Origin: an uncultured virus (IMG/VR IMGVR_UViG_2713897279_000003)
Lineage: Duplodnaviria > Heunggongvirae > Uroviricota > Caudoviricetes
Strand: one strand, 5' to 3'
IMG/VR virus record: IMGVR_UViG_2713897279_000003
Length of the DNA: 64,000 nt
Below the pieces are notes generated by a model. The model was not told the DNA's origin. It saw nothing but the letters and a program-made list of their open reading frames with translations, and made no database searches. Positions 30,373 through 38,283 of this stretch are shown here, in pieces. Made by a program: the position numbers and the translations under genes. The first letter of the stretch is position 1; each line of letters starts with the position of its first letter.

Positions 30373-31347
30373 CTAAATAATTTTCCATATCCCATTCTTG
30401 TACGATTTCACTGTTTCCCCATCTCGTATGAGCAACATCTTATCGTATATAGAAAAGTCTTGGCTTTCTTTATAAGGTGATTTATTTCCTGCTGTATCTT
30501 TCGCTTGCACTCTTATCTTTGCATTAGCCGTATTTATATTACTTGGAACTACAATCGGAATTGATATATCTGATACGTTAGTTGCTACAGGCACCCATGA
30601 ACTTCCGTTGTACACATCAATATCATAAGTAATGGAATCTCCCTCTTGGTCAGCAGAAGCTCCCCAACTTAATTTTATACTTTCACCAGCTACATATAAT
30701 GACTCTTGAATTCCTGTAATATCACCAGGCTGTGTTGGCGGTTGATTCATCGTGACGATGGCAATACTAATACATTTGTCTGCGTTTGATACTGATGAGA
30801 TACCTGTTGTCCCTCCACCTGACATCCACTTATGTCCAGCAGAAGAAGAGGTAAAACTAACTATTCTAGTATTCCATGTCATTGACATTCCTGATGGAAT
30901 GGACATTGTTGATGACGAATGAGTAGTAAAAAATGATACATATAAAAAATCCATATCAAGCGAAATAGACACTGAACTTCCAGCATCCGGTCTACTATAA
31001 GATGTTTTAATTCCTAATTTTGTAGGCTGTCCACTATCAGTTGAAAAGTGTCCGATATTTACAGCAAACTCATCCTTAAAGTCAAAATCAAATACATACG
31101 ATGCAGGTTCATTACTAGTAGCTACCTTATACAAGACGGCATGAGAGTTGTATTTTACTCCTTTGGTATCTTCTAGTTTCTCCCAACCAGATGGATACCT
31201 AGTGATGGTTTCCCTACTACTCGTATGATTATCTGCTATAATATGTGCAACTAACAAGTCTCCTTCTAAGATTATCCCTGACGGACGAGAAACCGTTAAA
31301 GAATTTGTTAATGCACCTGCTGATGATTTTCCCTTAAAAATTATCAT
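30373..31347 (-). CDS. Beta-module protein with Fn3 and C-terminal motif
   Basis: PSGIILEGDLLVAHI...PSGWEKL...LYKVATSNEPASY module. C-terminus is shared with 17969..18796. Confidence 0.8.
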   Translation of the reverse strand: MIIFKGKSSAGALTNSLTVSRPSGIILEGDLLVAHIIADNHTSSRETITRYPSGWEKLEDTKGVKYNSHAVLYKVATSNEPASYVFDFDFKDEFAVNIGHFSTDSGQPTKLGIKTSYSRPDAGSSVSISLDMDFLYVSFFTTHSSSTMSIPSGMSMTWNTRIVSFTSSSAGHKWMSGGGTTGISSVSNADKCISIAIVTMNQPPTQPGDITGIQESLYVAGESIKLSWGASADQEGDSITYDIDVYNGSSWVPVATNVSDISIPIVVPSNINTANAKIRVQAKDTAGNKSPYKESQDFSIYDKMLLIRDGETVKSYKNGIWKII

Positions 31348-31374
31348 AATATTTATCCCCTTAATAAAATGTTT

Positions 31375-32628
31375 TTAAATAGATTTCCATACTCCATCTT
31401 TAAATGACTTTACTATGTTGTTATCTTGAATTAGAAATAACTTTTGTCTTGTTCTGAAAATAGCACTATACGAGTAATCGGAATATGCTCCTTTATCATC
31501 TTTCGCCCTTATCCTAAATTGAGCCACATCTGTATCTTTGTTTGTAATATTGAACCTTCTACTCGTGACCTTTATATCCTTTTCAAGAGAATACCAGTTT
31601 GAGCCATCTACAGTAAATTCCATTTCATATGAGATAGCATCGCCTTCTGGATCAGTGGAAGCATCCCAATTAATCTCAATAGAATCTCCATTTAAGCAGA
31701 GGCTGTTCTCTACAATTCCTAATACATTACCTGGTTTTGTTGGTGGTTGACTTGTAGGCGATAGCAATGTAATCTCTATTCTTCCGTGACCATTATTTAC
31801 ATCCCCACTATTATTTTGATTAGCCCCTATATTGTATGAGCCGCCACCTCCACCTCCATCTTCATAACCACCACCACCACCAGAATATCCGCCACCGCCG
31901 CCACCACGATGACCACCAGCACCACCACCACCAAATCCTCCGCTTATATTATTCCCTTGTCCTCCAGTTCCTCCATATCCACCATTTAAATAAGATTTAC
32001 CACCAGAACTAGAGCTTGCAGATGCGTTGCTGCAGTTGTTACCACCGTTTGTGTAAAATCCACCGCCGCCTGCACCATAACTACAAGATGATCCAGTTCC
32101 GCCATTTGTTGTTCTAGTACCAGAAGAACCTAAAGTTCCAGCACCGCCACCGCCACCATCAATACCACCTCGACCTGCTTGTGAATGGCCAAATGAACCA
32201 GTGTCCCCATTAATTGATGTGACGCCTCCAGAAGCTCTATTTCGACAATGACCCCCGCCACCGCCAGCAACAATTAATGGTATATTATTTCTTAAAACAA
32301 ATGTTCCCCCTCCGCCACCGCCAGAGTCGTTTGAACTACTTCCATCCTTATAGTTTTCACCCATTTGTCCAACTAATATCTTTATAACCTCATCTTTTTC
32401 TAAGACAAAATCCCCTTGCATTCTAGCGCCTTTTCCTGCATATGCTCCTCCGCCTTTTGCCCCCCATGCTTGCATGCGATATGAACCAGAATAAGGAACC
32501 TTCCAAGTTATAATTGTGCCACTATATCCTGTGTTTGTATTATTGATGACGATTATGTCTCCACCTTGCAGGCTAGATGGAAATGAAACCATTGCACTCC
32601 CTGAATTATTTGCTATATAAGTTGCCAT
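31375..32628 (-). CDS. Glycine-rich receptor-binding-like protein with Fn3 domain
   Basis: ATG 32628 follows GAGGAG. PLIVAGGGGG, GGFGGGGAGG. Ends LIQDNNIVKSFKDGVWKSI. Confidence 0.85.
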   Translation of the reverse strand: MATYIANNSGSAMVSFPSSLQGGDIIVINNTNTGYSGTIITWKVPYSGSYRMQAWGAKGGGAYAGKGARMQGDFVLEKDEVIKILVGQMGENYKDGSSSNDSGGGGGGTFVLRNNIPLIVAGGGGGHCRNRASGGVTSINGDTGSFGHSQAGRGGIDGGGGGAGTLGSSGTRTTNGGTGSSCSYGAGGGGFYTNGGNNCSNASASSSSGGKSYLNGGYGGTGGQGNNISGGFGGGGAGGHRGGGGGGYSGGGGGYEDGGGGGGSYNIGANQNNSGDVNNGHGRIEITLLSPTSQPPTKPGNVLGIVENSLCLNGDSIEINWDASTDPEGDAISYEMEFTVDGSNWYSLEKDIKVTSRRFNITNKDTDVAQFRIRAKDDKGAYSDYSYSAIFRTRQKLFLIQDNNIVKSFKDGVWKSI

Positions 32629-32645
32629 AATAACTCTCCTCTCAT

Positions 32646-32679
32646 AAAGAAAGGCGACCATTCAAAGAATGAATCGCCT
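32646..32679 (-). terminator. Intra-operon hairpin/weak terminator
   Basis: Identical copy of 20809..20842. Confidence 0.6.
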
Positions 32680-33904
32680 ATACCACTTCTATTTTTGAAA
32701 TGGACTTGTATTTTGTTCGGTCAACTGGTATTTCAAATAACACTACATCTGTATAACTATCATCTTTAACGCCATCTATTTTATAAACAGTTTTCATCTG
32801 TACATTAGCATCAACAGAAGAGATAAACTCATTTAGTACTAGCTTAGCTTCTGGACTTAATTGATCGAATTCAAATGCCTTCATCTCTCCAGTTTGAGTA
32901 CCACCATCAAGAATTGCACGGAATTTCAAAAATCTTTTTTGTGGAAGACTATTTGGATCAAAAAATGTATATGGACTAAATGTAATACCGTCATCAGAAG
33001 TGCTTACTTCTATTCTAGTATCAGCAGATATTCCATACGAGCTACCTATTGATTTAATTGGTGTTGGCGTAGAATTAGGACCACCTGCATTACCTTTCGC
33101 AACTTTTAATACAGTTGGGTTATCAAGCGTTGTATAAAATAAACCAGTTAATGAAGCTGCAAGAAGCATGTTTTCCCAGTAATCAGCAACGTTTGAAGCA
33201 ATTAATTGTAGCGTACCACCAGGAATTTGCTCATAATACAAATCATTTGAAAGCGTTAAAAATATGGAGCCCCTTCCCGCTTTCTTTACTGACTTTACAT
33301 TGTGCATAATTTTATAAAAGGTTGCACTCGGAACTGCACTTTCCGCTGTTCCATATAAGGTTCCATTAACATCAATGTACATATATCTCTTATAAGAGCC
33401 ATTCGAACCTGCCGCAGCGACATCTCGAACAGGTCCTTTATCAATAAACGATACATAAGGAGATGAAGTAAAATTTGTACTTACTGAAAAGAAACCTCTT
33501 CCATCCAATGTTTTATAAACCAATTGTTTGTTTGCTAATACAACATAATCAACATTATCTGCCACTTTATTTTTATAACTTGTATCTGATGCATTTGCCA
33601 TCCAGAGTGTATTATCATTTTTAACATAGGCTAGCATACGGTTCTCAGATGAATCCGCTTGCTTCACATTTGTATCAAAAAGGATTGCTGTTGTATTGCT
33701 ATTCCAAATATATAGATTGTTATCCATATCAATATATCCATCACAAGGTGAATCATAATCTTCATTACTAATAACAGCAGCCTTTACATTTGAAGCTGCT
33801 TTTGTCCATTGATTCATAGGAAAACTATGCCCTGAAGGACTTGTAGTGCCGGCCATTACATACATGTCATTATTCACATCCACGTATCCAAGGAAATAAG
33901 ACAT
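32678..33904 (-). CDS. RCC1/BLIP-II-like beta-propeller repeat protein with conserved C-terminal module
   Basis: Full-length paralog of 20841..22046. Confidence 0.75.
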   Translation of the reverse strand: MSYFLGYVDVNNDMYVMAGTTSPSGHSFPMNQWTKAASNVKAAVISNEDYDSPCDGYIDMDNNLYIWNSNTTAILFDTNVKQADSSENRMLAYVKNDNTLWMANASDTSYKNKVADNVDYVVLANKQLVYKTLDGRGFFSVSTNFTSSPYVSFIDKGPVRDVAAAGSNGSYKRYMYIDVNGTLYGTAESAVPSATFYKIMHNVKSVKKAGRGSIFLTLSNDLYYEQIPGGTLQLIASNVADYWENMLLAASLTGLFYTTLDNPTVLKVAKGNAGGPNSTPTPIKSIGSSYGISADTRIEVSTSDDGITFSPYTFFDPNSLPQKRFLKFRAILDGGTQTGEMKAFEFDQLSPEAKLVLNEFISSVDANVQMKTVYKIDGVKDDSYTDVVLFEIPVDRTKYKSISKIEVV

Positions 33905-33919
33905 AGTATTTCTCCTTTC

Positions 33920-34963
33920 TTATTCTATTTTGGTAATCGACTTATATTTTGAACGATTAATTGGGATTGCAAATAACTTCCCATCTGTGTATGCTTCATT
34001 TTTAATACCATCTATTTTATGAATGGCATTTACTTTTACGTCAGAACCTACAGATGATAAGAATTCATTTAATACTAGTTTTGTTTCTGGATTTTTTTGG
34101 TCAAACTCAAATACTTGCTTCTCCCCCATTTCTGTACCACCATCAATGATTGCACGGAACTTTAAGAATCTTTTTTGTGGAAGCTTACTTGAATTAAATA
34201 GTATATATGGACCAAATGTAATACCATCATCAGATTCAGCATATTCAACATCTACAGATCCACCAAGCTTAAATGAAAGATAGTTTGTATATCCAGATAA
34301 AGTTTGAAGTACATAACGCTTATTCGAACCATTTTCCCAAGTGTTGATATAAAAAGGCATAGAGGTTGCTTTAGTGTCACTTGAATTTAATCCATATCCA
34401 CTAAAATAGAATTCTATCTTATTTCTTTTAATGCGAATAGCAACAGGGAATCTATTAGATGAATTACTATAGTGTCCATAATATATCCAAATTAATGTAA
34501 CATTTTCATCAGAATAATATCTGCTATCAACTATCTTAGAATCAACACCATTAGAACCTTCAAAATCAAATGATATAACAGGATAAAAGCTGCCATTCAC
34601 GTAAGAGCGAGAAAAACCAGAATCGTAAGAAGCATTACTAAAGCTAGTAATTTCTTTATTGAAAAATTGTATACTACCTTCTGTGCTGATACCAATCCAT
34701 TTAGTAAAAGGGAAATCCTTTGAAAGCAAAGGTGTATGCATAATTAAATTCCCAATGCTATCATCACCCATTGCTGTACCAAATTTTGCATACGCCGGGT
34801 TCGTTGTAGTGCCAAACAAACCTAATGATATTTTTTCTTCATTAGCCCATTCAACCATTTTATTATACGCAGATGTAGACTCTAAATCGGTACTTAATTC
34901 ATAAGCACCGCTCATGACTTTAGAACCTTTACTTGTCTCATATGAAAAAGGTATACTTACCAA
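33920..34963 (-). CDS. Unique N-terminal beta domain plus the SDDGITF...LPQKRFLKFRA module
   Basis: TTG start with AAGGAGGTG RBS. The last ~110 aa are paralogous to 32678..33904 and 20841..22046. No block B counterpart. Confidence 0.8.
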   Translation of the reverse strand: MVSIPFSYETSKGSKVMSGAYELSTDLESTSAYNKMVEWANEEKISLGLFGTTTNPAYAKFGTAMGDDSIGNLIMHTPLLSKDFPFTKWIGISTEGSIQFFNKEITSFSNASYDSGFSRSYVNGSFYPVISFDFEGSNGVDSKIVDSRYYSDENVTLIWIYYGHYSNSSNRFPVAIRIKRNKIEFYFSGYGLNSSDTKATSMPFYINTWENGSNKRYVLQTLSGYTNYLSFKLGGSVDVEYAESDDGITFGPYILFNSSKLPQKRFLKFRAIIDGGTEMGEKQVFEFDQKNPETKLVLNEFLSSVGSDVKVNAIHKIDGIKNEAYTDGKLFAIPINRSKYKSITKIE

Positions 34964-34976
34964 ATGTCACACCTCC

Positions 34977-35318
34977 TTAATAATTCCTTTGAATTTTTAC
35001 ATCTAATATCTTTTGCATACCGCTTCCTAAGTCTATTACTTCAGATTCCCATACTCCTGATCCTACAAATGCTTGTGGTCCAATTTGACGAAGTTGAATG
35101 CTACCATCTTTGAACTCTGCATCATTAAATTGCCCCTTATTTAGATCCACTTCATATATTTCTTTTACTTGTAGATTTGACGCTTGAGCTTCTATCCAAT
35201 CTAACCTTTCATCGACAGAGTTAAATTGACCTTCCGCTCCCTCTCCTACTACCGTCTCATTAAGCTGCTTAATATCCTGAAAGACTTTACTTGCTTTACT
35301 GAAAGAAATAATCTCCAT
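34977..35318 (-). CDS. Small scaffold protein (coiled segment plus G.W.S...DLG half-domain)
   Basis: MEIISFSKASK...FNSVDERLDWIE...GSGVWESEVIDLG. GGAGGG RBS. Confidence 0.8.
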   Translation of the reverse strand: MEIISFSKASKVFQDIKQLNETVVGEGAEGQFNSVDERLDWIEAQASNLQVKEIYEVDLNKGQFNDAEFKDGSIQLRQIGPQAFVGSGVWESEVIDLGSGMQKILDVKIQRNY

Positions 35319-35329
35319 CTTAGTCCCTC

Positions 35330-36106
35330 CTATAGTACAATCACTGTAACAGATGTACCAACAGATTCATTTTTACTCGTATCCACTGATTTAAGTGTAA
35401 ATGTATGTTCTCCATTTGAAATGCCATTCAATACAATGGATGCACGTTTTGTGGTATCTAGTGGCGTCTTAATATTATCTATATAAACATTAATCTTATC
35501 TAAGTCAGCATCTGTAGAATTCACCCACTCCAGATTTACAACGCCTTGAGATGGAGAACTACCAACTAACCCTTTTATATCTGCAGGTGCCGTTACGTCC
35601 ACCTCTGTTCTAGTTTTAATACCTGTGATATTTCCTTTAGAATCATAAGAATAAGTTTTTGTTACAGTAACTTTTTGTCCTTTATTATTTGCAAATGTTT
35701 GAACTGATTTACTTAATTCACCTACCGCTAAATCTCGGTAAGCATACTCTACTATCATTTCTTTATCGCCTGTTGTAGTATGACGTATAATGTTTCCATA
35801 TTGCTCATCATACTCGAATTTTTCATCATAATCCCCAGATTCTGTGGTGCCTTTCAAGATTGCTGATTCTAAATCTCGTTTTATATTCTCAATACGCTGT
35901 ATTGTTAATATACCACCATTCTCATAACCTTGAATCAAGTCGTCAACAACAGCTCTTGTATTTGTATCAAACAAATCACTATTAATATGTGTAAAGCGTC
36001 CATAAACTGTATCATAGGTACCCATCAACTTAATAATGTCATCAATAATTTCGATTAAACTATCTTCTAAATCATACTTCTGTATCTTCGTTAAACTTCT
36101 ATTCAT
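35330..36106 (-). CDS. First gene of block A: YD-like hairpins plus Fn3
   Basis: Near-identical to 22411..23187. Confidence 0.85.
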   Translation of the reverse strand: MNRSLTKIQKYDLEDSLIEIIDDIIKLMGTYDTVYGRFTHINSDLFDTNTRAVVDDLIQGYENGGILTIQRIENIKRDLESAILKGTTESGDYDEKFEYDEQYGNIIRHTTTGDKEMIVEYAYRDLAVGELSKSVQTFANNKGQKVTVTKTYSYDSKGNITGIKTRTEVDVTAPADIKGLVGSSPSQGVVNLEWVNSTDADLDKINVYIDNIKTPLDTTKRASIVLNGISNGEHTFTLKSVDTSKNESVGTSVTVIVL

Positions 36107-36173
36107 AATCGTTTCTCCTCATTTTTTTACTTATTTTTGTGATAACATATAATCAAGGCGTTTAAATCTCGTT

Positions 36174-37046
36174 CTAAATAACCTTTATGTTTTGAGGTAT
36201 AATTTGTTCATCCTCCAAAAGCTTATGATTTGTTAAGAGCACTGCCTCATTATTTAAATGCAGCATTAATATTTCAAAATCAACTATTTTATCATTAATA
36301 TTCATAATCTCTTGCACTAAGTCATTGTAAATAAAGCCTTGTCCCATCTCAAATTTGCCGAAATGTTCTTGAAGTTTATTTTGTGTTTCAAAAGATATAT
36401 ATGACTTTTGCTGTGCGCTCGTTGATTCATGAAATGCTAACTGCACCGTTATATCAATTGGGATTTCAATTGGTGTAATGATATTAGGACGACTTCCAAA
36501 AGCTTTTATCTTTGATATTTGTTCCCCTACATTATGAAGCACTTCTTCTTTCTCGTATCCATACTCGGGTATCACAATAAAACTAAAACTTCCCGTTCCA
36601 TGAGTATACTCTTTACCAATTACATCTCTTACGCCATTCACTGTTAAGCAAGCTAATCTAAGTGCTGTATGGTTTGCGGTAGCTGATGCAGGAACGATTT
36701 GTATTAATTCTGCACGATACATATCATCATCTATTAACTTTTCTGTTAATATACCATCAGATCCACGAACTTGATGCATTCTTCGTTTATAACTAAACAG
36801 TCCACCAATTAAATCTAAATGCTCATTCGTTGCTTTACTAATAAATCCTTGATTTAATACTTCTTGTGCAAAATCATATAACGATATTCTTTTAGGATCA
36901 TCTCCTGAACCAATTTCAGGAGCAATTGCTTCTGTAATAGAACGGGCAATACTTCCTGCTGAGAAATTTGTAATAGGCGTATTCTCAGATATAGAAACAC
37001 AAGCATCTCTTATAATTTCTTGCGCACTACGTTTTAATAACATCAT
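36174..37046 (-). CDS. Baseplate J/gp47-like wedge protein
   Basis: ITNFSAGSIARSITEA, ATNEHLDLIGGLF, DDDMYRAEL, LTVNGVRDV, GTGSFSFIV. Follows the gp25-like gene. Confidence 0.85.
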   Translation of the reverse strand: MMLLKRSAQEIIRDACVSISENTPITNFSAGSIARSITEAIAPEIGSGDDPKRISLYDFAQEVLNQGFISKATNEHLDLIGGLFSYKRRMHQVRGSDGILTEKLIDDDMYRAELIQIVPASATANHTALRLACLTVNGVRDVIGKEYTHGTGSFSFIVIPEYGYEKEEVLHNVGEQISKIKAFGSRPNIITPIEIPIDITVQLAFHESTSAQQKSYISFETQNKLQEHFGKFEMGQGFIYNDLVQEIMNINDKIVDFEILMLHLNNEAVLLTNHKLLEDEQIIPQNIKVI

Positions 37047-37055
37047 GAAAACCTC

Positions 37056-37457
37056 CTATAATTCTAGTGGCTGTTTAACAACTACTTTCCCTTTTTTATC
37101 TGTACTTAATATAGCAAAGAACTCTATTGCTTCTATGCTAGTAGGAACAGCTCTAACATCTATATCTGCAATCTGAAATCGCCCATCGGCTGTTAATGTT
37201 TGATAAATTTGTTCCACACCTCTCAAGCCTGTTTCTCTAGTGTTTGGCTCTCCTTCTAGCAATTCTAAATCAGCACCTAGCCACTTATGAGATCGCCATT
37301 CTCCTTTTTGGGAATGCATGCGATTCGTAATGTCTTGTCTAGCAGATTCATATTGCTCTGTAAGTGCAAAATCACCTGATTCATTAACCATGTAATCCCC
37401 TTCGATTTCATTCTTAGTATCATAAAAACGAATATCAGATTCATTATAATTCCTCAT
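37056..37457 (-). CDS. gp25/gpW-like baseplate wedge (sheath initiator)
   Basis: GDFAL...RQDITNRM...GEW..H..LGADL...L..DGRF pattern, plus size and position. Confidence 0.75.
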   Translation of the reverse strand: MRNYNESDIRFYDTKNEIEGDYMVNESGDFALTEQYESARQDITNRMHSQKGEWRSHKWLGADLELLEGEPNTRETGLRGVEQIYQTLTADGRFQIADIDVRAVPTSIEAIEFFAILSTDKKGKVVVKQPLEL

Positions 37458-37459
37458 CT

Positions 37460-37816
37460 CTAATTCCCGCTTTCAATTTTATTGTTTAGCTGCAATAAAT
37501 CGTGTACGTCTTTTAGTTCATCTTTTATATACGAACTTACTTTCATGTCAGTATGCTTTTGAAGGTTTTGTGTAAAAACGTGCACACTTGGAGCAAACAC
37601 CATAAGCGCCTGCTTCTTTCTACTAAAACGAAATCCCAATCCATAATCCGCATATCCTTCTAAATCCCCATTTTCTCTAGCTAATATGCCAGCACCACTA
37701 ATAGAATTAATTACGCCCACATCATTCTCTTTCGCTTCAGTTGCTGTTTCTGTGAGAAAATCAATATCTTCTGTTACTCTTAGATCTAGATCCGTTAGCT
37801 TTTGTTTCCAGCTCAT
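37460..37816 (-). CDS. Hypothetical baseplate/spike-associated protein
   Basis: 118 aa with ATGA overlap with the upstream gene and short beta-strand periodicity. Confidence 0.7.
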   Translation of the reverse strand: MSWKQKLTDLDLRVTEDIDFLTETATEAKENDVGVINSISGAGILARENGDLEGYADYGLGFRFSRKKQALMVFAPSVHVFTQNLQKHTDMKVSSYIKDELKDVHDLLQLNNKIESGN

Positions 37817-38268
37817 AGTAACCCTCCACCTGGTAATAGTTCCTCAAAGAAACCAGCAACACGTATGCTTAAATTATTCCAAAATAGTTCTATTTGGTCT
37901 GGTTCTCTATAATAGGCTGTAGCTATTGGCATACTAGGATCACCATTAATAAACTGAATCCATACTCGGTCATTCTTTGTAAACCCTTTATCAATAACCC
38001 CCTGTGAATAAACAAAACAAGGGACGGCATATAATTTTTGAATTTTATTTCCTTGTAAAACGTCTACATCAACTGTGTGTTGCTCCCATACTTCTATCTT
38101 TTCTCCCTTATGTCTACCGCACCTACAAACACCACCTGCTTTTTTTGTACCTGTATTAGGATGATAATCAACAACTTTTCCAATAAGACCATAAGAGCGT
38201 CGTTCTGACGCTCTATCTGCTCCTTCATTTTGCAAATCTCTTCTTACTTGGCTTGCTTCTATACCCAC
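37813..38268 (-). CDS. Spike-like OB-fold protein (gpV/gp5 N-terminal type)
   Basis: IGKVVDYHP...TVDVDV...AVP...NDRVWIQFINGDPSMPI. Directly follows the hub gene. Confidence 0.65.
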   Translation of the reverse strand: MGIEASQVRRDLQNEGADRASERRSYGLIGKVVDYHPNTGTKKAGGVCRCGRHKGEKIEVWEQHTVDVDVLQGNKIQKLYAVPCFVYSQGVIDKGFTKNDRVWIQFINGDPSMPIATAYYREPDQIELFWNNLSIRVAGFFEELLPGGGLL

Positions 38269-38283
38269 AAGAAATTCCTCCTT

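Larger units (their letters stand above)
23230..36145 (-). repeat. Block A of the tandemly duplicated appendage cassette
   Basis: Collinear with block B. Boundaries are approximate, based on similar leader sequences upstream of the two 258-aa genes. Confidence 0.9.

Noticed and set aside
14800..32500. CRISPR or tandem DNA repeats suggested by ccaccgcca runs
   Set aside because: These are glycine codons within CDSs, with no constant repeat-spacer periodicity.
22411..36106. Rhs/YD toxin call for the two 258-aa proteins
   Set aside because: Only two YD-like hairpins, with no Rhs core, cleavage motif or toxin-immunity pair.
8309..36145. Diversity-generating retroelement or shufflon as the source of variation
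   Set aside because: No reverse transcriptase, recombinase, inverted cassette or adenine-specific template/variable repeat pair is visible in the window. Variation is by whole-domain replacement.
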